The translations under genes were made by a program, and so were the position numbers. A DNA stretch of 55,428 nucleotides from Eubacteriales bacterium (lineage in GTDB: Bacteria; Bacillota; Clostridia; Oscillospirales; CAG-272). Shown here piece after piece: positions 19,113-27,523 of this stretch. The stretch spans positions 1 to 55,428 of the forward strand of contig JAZSOQ010000007.1 in the NCBI GenBank assembly GCA_045537015.1. The letters are read 5' to 3'. Below the pieces are notes generated by a model. The model had not been told where the DNA came from. It did not search any database and saw only the letters and a list, made by a program, of their open reading frames with translations. How positions within the stretch are numbered: the first letter of the stretch is position 1; the number at the start of each line of letters is the position of its first letter.

Positions 19113-20834
19113 ATGAAAAAAATAATATTACTTGTCACTCTGATTCTCGCCCTCGTTGTGATGATTCCCACAATGATCGCCTGCGACGGCGGAGAAGAAG
19201 CTGTAGAATCTACAGCTGAAACGACCGAAGCAATCATTGAGGCAACCGAGCCCCCCAAGCCCGAGCCCATCAAGCTCACCGACGGGAACAAGCCTCTTTA
19301 CACCATCGTTCGTCCCGACGAGTCGGAGGGGGTATTTGACCTTACCAAAAAGCTTGTCGAAGATCTTAAATCGGCTACCGGTGTTGATTTCAAAAACACC
19401 ACCGATTTCATCGGTTGGAACACCGTTCGTGATCCCGAGGCTTATGAGATCCTTCTCGGCTTCACCAATTACGACGAGACTGCCGAGGTTATGAAGGACC
19501 TCAAATACTTTGACTATGCCGTTGTTGTCCGCGGCCATAAGATCATCATCACCGCGTATACCGATGCAAGTCTTAAAAAAGCGGTCAACTATTTCCGCGA
19601 CGAAATCATTCCTCTTATAGCTAAGGGCGAGGATGGCAATTATTTCATCGAGGCATTTGCCGACGAGATCTATCGCGGCAAGTATAACGTTGAAACTGTT
19701 ACTCTTGACGGCAATCCTCTCCAGAATTATACGGTAGTTTACGGCAAGGATACCCCCGCGGGCGAAGCTGCGGCGCAGAAGGTCGTTGACGTTCTCGCTA
19801 CCGCAACGGGTATCTATCTTCCTATGAAGAGCGACAAGGAGACCGAGACCGAGTGCGAGATCCTTGTCGGCGCGACAAACCGTGCCGCAAGCGCGGGCTC
19901 GGACAGCGTCGCAAATATGTGCTATAACGTATCCCTGCAGTCGGGCAAGCTCGTTTTTGACTGCAGAAGTCTCCAGACAGCAGAGGCGGCGGTAAGAAAG
20001 CTCTATGCCTCGAAGATGTCGTCCGGCGCAAACATTGCGCTCACCTCGGGTCAGCTTTGCGAGGGCACTCTTCTCACCGAGACCGAGTTCCCGTTGACTG
20101 CGGGAAGCGACCTTCGTATCGTTACTTATAACGTCCTCACCGAAAAGTGGGGCGGAACCGAAACATCCGCAAGAGCAGAGGTCTTTGGTGCGTTCCTTGA
20201 TGTTTATAAGCCCGATGTTGTCGGTGTTCAGGAACTTTGCGAGCAGTGGAGAAAGTATCTCCCCGCACATCTCGGCGACTACAAGCTGATCGGCACCGTC
20301 CGCGAGGATAAGGGATACAGCTATTCCGCAATCGTTTATGATGCTTCTAAATACGAGGTCCTTGCGCAGGGCTGTGAGACCTACTCCTACCACGCAAGTG
20401 CAGAGTGCAGAAATATGTCCTGGGCTGTATTTATGGATTCCAAGACGGGTGTAAAGTTTGCCTTTATCTCGACTCACTGGGATTTCGGAAACGAGGAAAA
20501 TAAGCAGCAGATGCGTAAAGTTCAGGCTGAGGAGATGACCAAGAAGATCCAGTCTCTCAAGGCTGAGTACAACTGTCCCGTCATCATCACGGGCGACTTT
20601 AACTGTAATAATACCTCTGAATCATATAAGTACTTTATGAGCATCAATGGTATGGTCAACGCGTTGACAAATTCCGAGTCTTATTACAATGCCAAGGGTA
20701 CGTCTTCGATCGACTTTGTTATGATCACGAAGGAAGACGGCGTGTTCAAGGGTTACCGCAAACTTCTTGAAAACGGTCTTGAGCCTCTTTCCGACCACAA
20801 GGCAAACCTCGCCGATATTGACTTGATTCCTTAA
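19113..20834 (+). CDS. Lipoprotein with two N-terminal EIL.G.TN repeats and C-terminal endonuclease/exonuclease/phosphatase domain
   Basis: MIAC lipobox; TYNV, DVVGVQE, STHW, TGDFN, IDFV, SDH. Confidence 0.85.
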   Translation: MKKIILLVTLILALVVMIPTMIACDGGEEAVESTAETTEAIIEATEPPKPEPIKLTDGNKPLYTIVRPDESEGVFDLTKKLVEDLKSATGVDFKNTTDFIGWNTVRDPEAYEILLGFTNYDETAEVMKDLKYFDYAVVVRGHKIIITAYTDASLKKAVNYFRDEIIPLIAKGEDGNYFIEAFADEIYRGKYNVETVTLDGNPLQNYTVVYGKDTPAGEAAAQKVVDVLATATGIYLPMKSDKETETECEILVGATNRAASAGSDSVANMCYNVSLQSGKLVFDCRSLQTAEAAVRKLYASKMSSGANIALTSGQLCEGTLLTETEFPLTAGSDLRIVTYNVLTEKWGGTETSARAEVFGAFLDVYKPDVVGVQELCEQWRKYLPAHLGDYKLIGTVREDKGYSYSAIVYDASKYEVLAQGCETYSYHASAECRNMSWAVFMDSKTGVKFAFISTHWDFGNEENKQQMRKVQAEEMTKKIQSLKAEYNCPVIITGDFNCNNTSESYKYFMSINGMVNALTNSESYYNAKGTSSIDFVMITKEDGVFKGYRKLLENGLEPLSDHKANLADIDLIP

Positions 20835-20845
20835 TTATTAAAAAT

Positions 20846-20876
20846 GAAAACCGCAGTCCACAGGCTGCGGTTTTTC
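20846..20876 (+). terminator. Rho-independent terminator
   Basis: gaaaaccgcag-tccacagg-ctgcggttttt. Confidence 0.65.
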
Positions 20877-20892
20877 TCAAAAGGTGATAAAT

Positions 20893-22518
20893 ATGATTCT
20901 GATAAATAAAAATATGGCCCTTGAAGCTTTCCGAATACTCGAAAAAGCGGCGGCAAGGCTGATGGCTGTACGCTCTGTGACTATGGGAGAGGGTTTCGCC
21001 GTTTCGCTTGAGATCGATACCTCGCTTTCGGACGAGCGTTACGTAATTAAATCGGGAAACGTCGGATGTGAACTCCGCGCGGCGGACGGGCTTGGGCTAT
21101 TTGCCGCGTTCGGCAGATTCTTGCGCCTCTCGCGTTTTGACGGCAATGGTGGATTCCTTCCTTTTGAAGGTGAGATTGATTTCACGCCCGCAAAAAAGCT
21201 GCGCGGTATGTATTTTGCCACGCATTTTAATAATTTCTATCATTCCGCGCCGATCGAGAAGGTCTGCGAGGTAGTTGAAGACCTTGCGTTGCGCGGCTGC
21301 AACAGCCTGCTTGTTTGGTTCGATATGCACCATTTCGAGTCGATGGAAGATGCGGGCGCGCAGAGCCTTGTCAAGCGCCTGCGTGAGATTCTCGGATATG
21401 CAAATAAGATAGGTATCGGCGGATCGCTGACGATGCTTTCAAACGAGGCTTTTGCCAATTCTCCCGCCGAGCTCCGAGCCGAATGGCAGGTTCAGAACGG
21501 CTATCACGCTGAGCCCGACTCGCATTATCACGTCGAAATTTGCCCCTCGAAGGAGGGCGGAATTGAAGAGATCTTGCGCGCGCGCCGTGCAATGCTTGAA
21601 TCCTTTGCTGATCTCAAGATCGATTACGTCGTCTATTGGCCATACGATCAGGGTGGATGCACCTGCAAGGACTGCGCTCCGTGGGGAGCTAATGGCTTTT
21701 TGAAACTTTTGCCGCATTTCAAGGCGCTCATAAAAGAGATTATGCCGAAAACAGAGGTCATTGTTTCGGCGTGGTATTTCGACCGTTTCACAAGCGGTGA
21801 ATGGGAGAACTTCACGGAGAGGCTCGGCGACGAGATGTTCGCGGACGTGCCTTATATTCTTTCCTTCTTTGCAAACGGCGAGCTCCCGCCCGTCCTGCAA
21901 GAGAAGGGAATTCCCGAGGGCATCAAGTTCATCGAATTTCCCGAGATCAGCATGTGGAGCTGTTCGCCTTGGGGGGGCTACGGTGCGAGTCACTTGGCTG
22001 AATTTCTTGAGCGCAACCACGGCACAGGGAAGAGTATTTACAGCGGCGCGTATCCCTATTCCGAGGGTATCTTTGAGGATGCCAACAAGTTCATCGAGCT
22101 CGCGCTATATTCGGGCGAGCACGAAAACGCATTCGATGCTCTGCGCGATTACGTGCGGTTTGAGTTTTGCACCGATGACGAGGAGCTTTTTGAAGCGCTC
22201 AGACTTACCGAGCGTTCACTCTCCCGCAAGCGTTCGCGCCCGGGGGACTACATCAAGGTCACGATGAACGACACAAGCGAGGTCGAACACGTTCGCGAGG
22301 TGTTTGAAAAATACAACTCGATTTTGCCCGAAAATATTACGTCATCGCGCAACTTCAGACTCTTCTACCTCCGCGCGCTGATCGACTCCGAGATCGCGCG
22401 TAACGACGGTTTCTCCATCCGCTCCGAGCTTTGCCAAAAGGCAATGCGGGAGATCGATGAGATCTATTTTGCTAATGAAAAAACCTGTCCTTGGGTGCGT
22501 CCCGCGACAGGCAAGTAA
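20893..22518 (+). CDS. Hypothetical protein, possible glycoside-hydrolase-like barrel
   Basis: Long ORF with host-like codon use; RGMYFATHF..N.L..WFD, DQGGCTCKDC; family not identified. Confidence 0.6.
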   Translation: MILINKNMALEAFRILEKAAARLMAVRSVTMGEGFAVSLEIDTSLSDERYVIKSGNVGCELRAADGLGLFAAFGRFLRLSRFDGNGGFLPFEGEIDFTPAKKLRGMYFATHFNNFYHSAPIEKVCEVVEDLALRGCNSLLVWFDMHHFESMEDAGAQSLVKRLREILGYANKIGIGGSLTMLSNEAFANSPAELRAEWQVQNGYHAEPDSHYHVEICPSKEGGIEEILRARRAMLESFADLKIDYVVYWPYDQGGCTCKDCAPWGANGFLKLLPHFKALIKEIMPKTEVIVSAWYFDRFTSGEWENFTERLGDEMFADVPYILSFFANGELPPVLQEKGIPEGIKFIEFPEISMWSCSPWGGYGASHLAEFLERNHGTGKSIYSGAYPYSEGIFEDANKFIELALYSGEHENAFDALRDYVRFEFCTDDEELFEALRLTERSLSRKRSRPGDYIKVTMNDTSEVEHVREVFEKYNSILPENITSSRNFRLFYLRALIDSEIARNDGFSIRSELCQKAMREIDEIYFANEKTCPWVRPATGK

Positions 22519-22535
22519 GCAATTCTGCTTACTTG

Positions 22536-22670
22536 CAACGAAATATTTCTCCTTGGGGAGAAATGTGAAATTTTGCTGCGCAAAGTGAAATTCGCGCTTT
22601 GCGCGAGTGAAATATTCCGCCGAGGCGGAATGTGAAGGTAGAAATTTGCTGAAGCAAATTTCAATTTAAT
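22536..22670 (+). repeat. Hairpin-array element copy A (GTGAAAT linkers)
   Basis: Five short palindromes joined by GTGAAAT-type linkers; homologous to reverse complement of 39740-39874. Confidence 0.85.
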
Positions 22671-22698
22671 ATTAATTGCTGAGTAACGAGGTAAATGT

Positions 22699-23622
22699 AT
22701 GATACTGAATTTTGAACAGATCCAAAAGCTGACCGTCGGTGCGGTCGACATTGAGCAGACAGCGGACGGTATTCACTTTTACAAAATGCAAAAATGCCAG
22801 ATCGAGGCGTTCTATGCGCTCTCCGAAATTCTCGGATTCCGCGCAAAGACTACGACCGGCATCAGGCTCGATTTTGAGACCGACAGTAAGTTCCTTGCCT
22901 TTGAGGTTAAAAGCGGCGGAAGGTTCGAGTACCTTATAAACGGAGTTTATCAAGGCACTGTTCCGATAACGGATAATCACGTCAAGATCGATCTTGCCGC
23001 GCCTTGCCGTATCACTCTATGCTTTCCCTCGCACGATGTTGGTGTTATTGATCACGCAGAGCTTTCCGACGGTGCGAGCGCGGTTCGCCATACCTTTGAT
23101 AAAAAGGTGCTTTTCATCGGCGACAGTATAACGCAAGGCTGGAATTCGGGAGTCGATACGCTTTCCTACGCCTACCGCACGTCGTTCGCGCTTAATTACG
23201 ACAGCATAATTCAAGGAGTCGGCGGGGCGTATTACCACGCTTCGACCTTTGCCGACAGCGGGTTTGATCCCGACCTCGTGATCGTTGCATACGGCACAAA
23301 TGATGTGAATCATTTCAAGACTCAAGACGAGATGGTAGAGCAGCTGCGGTTATATCTTGGCAAAGTGAAGGAGACCTACGCATCAAGCAAGATCTATGCG
23401 ATCTCGCCGATCTGGGTCTCGGGCGGAAGTGAAGAGAAGCGCATGGGCAATCTTTGGGAGAGCTATGCGCTGATCGCCGACGAGATCGAAAAATGCGGCG
23501 TTGAACATATAAGAGGGCTTGACCTTGTGCCGCATGAGAGAAGGTACTTTGCCGATGACCTGCATCCGAATAAGGATGGGTTTGGGGAGTATGCGGGAGG
23601 AGTGATTGAATGGATTCGATAA
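22699..23622 (+). CDS. SGNH/GDSL hydrolase (esterase)
   Basis: FIGDSITQG, YGTND, DDLHP. Confidence 0.9.
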   Translation: MILNFEQIQKLTVGAVDIEQTADGIHFYKMQKCQIEAFYALSEILGFRAKTTTGIRLDFETDSKFLAFEVKSGGRFEYLINGVYQGTVPITDNHVKIDLAAPCRITLCFPSHDVGVIDHAELSDGASAVRHTFDKKVLFIGDSITQGWNSGVDTLSYAYRTSFALNYDSIIQGVGGAYYHASTFADSGFDPDLVIVAYGTNDVNHFKTQDEMVEQLRLYLGKVKETYASSKIYAISPIWVSGGSEEKRMGNLWESYALIADEIEKCGVEHIRGLDLVPHERRYFADDLHPNKDGFGEYAGGVIEWIR

Positions 23623-23683
23623 GAATAAACAACGGATAGCTTACGATCTATCCGTTGTTTATATAATGATCAATTTGAATAGA

Positions 23684-24595
23684 TTATTCAAAATAATCGT
23701 TATTAATTTTTTTTATTTCAATATTTTTTTCCACAGCTACACCAATGTTGTGTTCATACATTAAATCTACCAGTTTGGTACCGTTAATTAACACAATTGA
23801 TACAGTAGTACTATATGTAACTGCTTCTAAGGCTTCTTTGGTGAAATCTGATGTTGTAATTAATATGCCTTTTCGTGCACCTTTTAGTTGTAATGCTCCA
23901 ATGAATTGTTGAATTGTTGGTCTACCTACCAGATTGTCCGGCTTGTACCTTTTGGCTTGTATATATATGGTATCTAGTCCAAGCTTATCTTCTTTAATTA
24001 ATCCATCGATACCTTCATCACCGGACTTTTTAGTAGCTTTTCCAGCGTCTTCAACATTACCTCCGTATCCCATTGATACAAGCAAATCAACAACTAAATG
24101 CTCGAAAAAATATGGTGATTGTTCTAATATTTTGTTTAATAGATCATCACAGATTGATTTCTTAATAACAGAATTATATGATACAATTTTTTCATATGGA
24201 GTTTCGTCATCTTTTGATACATCAACAGCCTCTTTTGTGATAGCTTCGTGAGATGACTTTTGAAATGCTAAAAAAGATGGATATTTTCTTAAGTATTTTG
24301 TGTTTAAGTCGGTGATATTGTTTTCTACAAGCTTTTTTCCTTCGTCTGTAATAATATAACAAGCACGAGTAGGACTGTCAAGAAGCCCAGCTTTCTTCAT
24401 ATAAGATATGGCCCAGCCAACGCGGTTTATATAAGTTGGTTCAACTTGCGAAGGAATCTTTTCATCTATTTGCTCTTGGGTTAAATTGAATACTTCAATC
24501 ATTTTTTCGCATATTTCTTTTTTATGATGCAGTTTGGCATCATATAGGCTTTTCAGTATGGGAAACATAAACTCTTGATATCCAGGAACAGACAT
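23684..24595 (-). CDS. mrr: Mrr-type modification-dependent restriction endonuclease
   Basis: Mrr_N (NRVGWAISYMKKAGLL) and catalytic GDEGIDG..YIQAKRY..LITTSDFT; AT-rich. Confidence 0.92.
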   Translation of the reverse strand: MSVPGYQEFMFPILKSLYDAKLHHKKEICEKMIEVFNLTQEQIDEKIPSQVEPTYINRVGWAISYMKKAGLLDSPTRACYIITDEGKKLVENNITDLNTKYLRKYPSFLAFQKSSHEAITKEAVDVSKDDETPYEKIVSYNSVIKKSICDDLLNKILEQSPYFFEHLVVDLLVSMGYGGNVEDAGKATKKSGDEGIDGLIKEDKLGLDTIYIQAKRYKPDNLVGRPTIQQFIGALQLKGARKGILITTSDFTKEALEAVTYSTTVSIVLINGTKLVDLMYEHNIGVAVEKNIEIKKINNDYFE

Positions 24596-24813
24596 ATTGC
24601 CTCCTTATTGTCAAAATGGATTTATTTTGACGAATTTACGGTGATTTTATACATTTATAATGTAAAATTATTATATCATATTTTAACAAGTATTTCAAGT
24701 ATTATGATACAAAGGATATAACAAAATTTGTATTCCAATAATAGACTTCTCCGATCGGATAGAGAAAATTAAAACTCACGTTTCGAACTTAATGGTGATT
24801 ATCTTACAATTGC

Positions 24814-25308
24814 CTATCTGCTTTGGCTCAACTCATTCAACAGAAGCTCTTTTACATCAGAAATACGCTGTCTGAAATGATTTTTGTCGGCATTTTCGAC
24901 GGCAAGGATTCGGAAAAGTTTGCGCTCTAACTCGGCAATTAGATTAGGATTCTTGATTATAAAGTGCTTGTTATCAGCGCCTAAGTGTTCGCCGCTTATG
25001 TATTTATCGGTGATCGGAATGGCGTCGCTTATGAAAAATATCGATCGGTTAGTGGTTCTGCCGAGGTGATAAAAGCACGATCGTATATCATTGCTTGGCA
25101 AATCCAAATACTTTTGAAGACGGGCTTGTTGTTCCGGAGTTCGGTGTTTCCAATTGCCCATAGGTATTGCCCAATATAGGTTATCGTTTTCGGTTGATTT
25201 TATTAAACACACAATAGGCCGGTGCTTGGGATCGTTCCATTCCCCCTCTACCGATCTTATCAATTCAGCAAAATCTTTAGTTGCGTAATATAGTCCTCGT
25301 TCAATCAT
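24814..25308 (-). CDS. cptN: Type III toxin-antitoxin endoribonuclease toxin, CptN-like (164 aa)
   Basis: RP.....LYWAIPM and S.FFISDAIPITDKYI match CptN-type motifs; RBS GAGGA; preceded by repeats and terminator. Real start is ATG 25308, not 25458. Confidence 0.8.
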   Translation of the reverse strand: MIERGLYYATKDFAELIRSVEGEWNDPKHRPIVCLIKSTENDNLYWAIPMGNWKHRTPEQQARLQKYLDLPSNDIRSCFYHLGRTTNRSIFFISDAIPITDKYISGEHLGADNKHFIIKNPNLIAELERKLFRILAVENADKNHFRQRISDVKELLLNELSQSR

Positions 25309-25317
25309 AACATTCCT

Positions 25318-25351
25318 CAAAAAAGAAACCCTCGGTTTTGCACCGAGGGTT
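25318..25351 (-). terminator. Terminator between antitoxin repeats and toxin
   Basis: aaccctcggt-gcaaa-accgagggtt then tcttttt on minus strand. Confidence 0.85.
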
Positions 25352-25352
25352 G

Positions 25353-25448
25353 ATAAACAATGTTTCTTTGCCGCACATTGTGAAGCGTGCTTGTATAAAC
25401 AATGTTTCTTTGCCGTACATTGTGAAACGTGTTTGCAAAAACAGTGTT
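25353..25448 (-). ncRNA. cptI: Type III antitoxin RNA (CptI-like), 2.3 x 42-nt direct repeats
   Basis: Units start at 25353, 25395 and 25437 (partial): ataaacaatgtttctttgccgYacattgtgaaRcgtgYttgY. Confidence 0.8.
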
Positions 25449-25480
25449 GATGCAGCACACCGTAAAGCTGTTACAAGTAT

Positions 25481-25509
25481 ATTATACACTATAATTTTGT
25501 TTTTTTCAA
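25481..25509 (-). promoter_or_regulatory. Promoter of type III TA locus
   Basis: TTGAAA-17-TATAAT on minus strand, just upstream of the repeats. Confidence 0.7.
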
Positions 25510-25601
25510 TAGATTTTTGAAAAAATATAGATGGATTTTTAGTTTTACGGTTCGGTAATAGTATATGCAGAAGTGATTTGGTTGTGCGCGGTAATTAAAT
25601 C

Positions 25602-25976
25602 CGGGATTCTGAACCCACGGTTCGCGCATAATGATGTGCGATAGTTGAATTGGGCGGTAGCGCGAACCTATCGTGTTGCAGATGAATATGTACTTCTGTA
25701 CTCAGTTGGCATCTTCGCAACACGATGAGGGTTCGAATTATCCCGAACTCGACGGCATGAAAAAACCGAGCACCGCGAAGCGGTACTCGGTTTTTTCATG
25801 GCGGAGAGAGAGGGATTCTGAACCCGAAGTTCGCGCATTATGCAGTACGATAGTTTAATTGGGTGGTCGCGCGAACTCTATTATTGTTTCGCTTTGCGAA
25901 ACAATAAGGGGTTCATCATCAATATCGCTCCGGTATAAAGAAAAGGTTGTAACCGAAGGTTACAACCTTTTCTTTA
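25602..25976 (-). repeat. Two diverged tRNA-linked repeat units
   Basis: gggattctgaaccc..gttcgcgcat..cgatagtt.aattggg.ggt.gcgcgaac occurs twice; 20-bp copy of the tRNA 3' end at 25799-25818. Confidence 0.8.
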
Positions 25977-26068
25977 TGGCGGAGAGAGAGGGATTCGAAC
26001 CCTCGTTGGGGTATTAGCCCAAACACGATTTCCAGTCGTGCGCCTTAGACCAGCTCAGCCATCTCTCC
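25977..26068 (-). tRNA. tRNA-Ser(GGA)
   Basis: GGAGAGATGGCTGAGCTGGTCTAAGGCGCACGACT-GGA-AATCGTG, long variable arm, GGTTCGAATCCC...CGCCA. Confidence 0.97.
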
Positions 26069-26204
26069 ATGGCAGCTCGCGCTGACTAATATATTATATC
26101 ACAACCAAAAGAAAAAATCAAGACCTTTTTAGAATTTTTTTGAGATTTTTTAGAGTTTTTCTTGATTTTTTTGATATTATATGCTATAATAGGTTCAAAC
26201 AAAA

Positions 26205-26400
26205 GAATAAACACGGTTCATCTCGGGCGTTTTTGCCCGGTTGTCGGATGCTTTGCGTTCGGGGATAAGGAAACGGCGGTGAAAATCCGCGGCAACAGCC
26301 ATTACCGTTAAAGTCGGAATGCTTATCGGACTGTGACACGCGAAAAAACTCTTGGGCAATTTGGGAGAGTCGGGCGAATGTGAGATAGGGCAGGCTATCT
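26205..26400 (+). promoter_or_regulatory. Cobalamin riboswitch (variant); boundaries approximate
   Basis: AAGGAAA-CGGCGGTGAAAATCCGC-GGCAACAGCCATTACCGT core resembles the B12 element; terminator and B12-uptake-type genes follow. Confidence 0.7.
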
Positions 26401-26406
26401 CTTGTT

Positions 26407-26440
26407 TGGCACTCTCATTGGAGAGTGCTTTTTGCTTTAT
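26407..26440 (+). terminator. Attenuator terminator of riboswitch
   Basis: ggcactctc-attg-gagagtgc-ttttt. Confidence 0.7.
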
Positions 26441-26468
26441 CCTTTTGAGATAGAAAGGAAAAAGAAAA

Positions 26469-26942
26469 ATGAAAAGAACGATCAAATCAACTCTCGCGCT
26501 GTTTCTGGCGCTGCTTATGACCCTTTGCCTCTTTGCTTGCAAGCAGCAGGCGGAAACTCCCGAAACGAGTGCGGGCACGTCTGCTGAAGGTGCGATTGCT
26601 CCTGAAGGGCTTTGGAAGGATGCTACTTATCTTACCGATGCCGAATTCGGCGAGGGCGCGAAAACCGTGACTGTCAAGGTTATCGCGGAGGATAAATCCG
26701 TGACCTTCACCGTCAAGACCGATGCGGCGACCCTCGGTGAGGCGCTTCTCGCGCATAATCTTATTGCGGGGGATATGGGCGAATACGGCCTTTACATCAA
26801 GTATGTCAACGGCATCCGCGCCGATTACGATCTTGATAAAAGATACTGGAACTTTACCAAAGATGGCGAATATATGATGACGGGCGCCGATATGACCGAG
26901 ATCGCGGACGGCGATTGCTATGAGTTTACCTACGCAAAATAA
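26469..26942 (+). CDS. DUF4430 (transcobalamin C-terminal-like) lipoprotein, putative corrinoid binding
   Basis: LFAC lipobox; GLYIKYVNGIRAD....YWNF..DGE....GAD. Confidence 0.75.
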   Translation: MKRTIKSTLALFLALLMTLCLFACKQQAETPETSAGTSAEGAIAPEGLWKDATYLTDAEFGEGAKTVTVKVIAEDKSVTFTVKTDAATLGEALLAHNLIAGDMGEYGLYIKYVNGIRADYDLDKRYWNFTKDGEYMMTGADMTEIADGDCYEFTYAK

Positions 26943-27477
26943 AGGCAGAAGACGCCGCATATCGAACCGTATTTTTGAAATGGTGCTGTTTGCGATGTTT
27001 GCGGCGCTTATGTTCACCTCGAAGATCATAATGGAAGCTTTTCCAAACATCCACCTGCTCGGGATGTTGACGATGCTTATGACGGTCGTTTTTCGCCTGA
27101 AGGCACTGATACCGCTCTATCTTTACGTGATCGTGCAGGGAATATATGCCGGATTTGCCCCGTGGTGGGTGCCGTATACCTACGTTTGGACGATCCTTTG
27201 GGGAATGACTATGCTTCTGCCGAAGAATATGCCGCACCGTGTGGCGATGATAGTTTACCCCATTGTCTGCTCACTCCACGGCTTTGCTTTCGGCATTCTC
27301 TACGCGCCGGGGCAGGCTCTGTTGTATGGATTTACATTTGAGCAAACGCTCGCCTGGATCGCATCGGGCTTCCCATTCGACGTGATTCACGGTATTTCAA
27401 ATATCTTTACCGGAATGCTCGTTCTTCCTCTTTCCGAGCTGATCAAAAAGCTGTTCAGGCAATTCGGAAGAGATTAA
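26920..27477 (+). CDS. ECF transporter S-component (CbrT-like)
   Basis: Highly hydrophobic ~185 aa; A..AALM...K, PNI, G.PFD.IHG..N motifs; downstream of B12 riboswitch. Confidence 0.7.
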   Translation: MSLPTQNKGRRRRISNRIFEMVLFAMFAALMFTSKIIMEAFPNIHLLGMLTMLMTVVFRLKALIPLYLYVIVQGIYAGFAPWWVPYTYVWTILWGMTMLLPKNMPHRVAMIVYPIVCSLHGFAFGILYAPGQALLYGFTFEQTLAWIASGFPFDVIHGISNIFTGMLVLPLSELIKKLFRQFGRD

Positions 27478-27523
27478 TAAAAAGGTGGATTTTTGAGAAA
27501 TCAAAGATCCACCTTTTGAATTA
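27478..27523. terminator. Bidirectional terminator
   Basis: aaaaggtggat...atccacctttt between convergent genes. Confidence 0.65.

Noticed and set aside
25353-25448. Possible mini-CRISPR
   Set aside because: Repeats are directly tandem with no spacers, there are no cas genes, and the layout fits type III TA
25309-25458. Cys/His-rich repeated N-terminus of the 214-aa ORF
   Set aside because: It is the antitoxin repeat and terminator read in frame; the RBS supports ATG 25308
25799-25830. Second tRNA-Ser gene
   Set aside because: Only the 3' 20 nt match; no D-arm or anticodon arm
23650-25990. Prophage or ICE at tRNA-Ser
   Set aside because: No integrase, phage or conjugation genes, and no distal att copy seen beyond mrr
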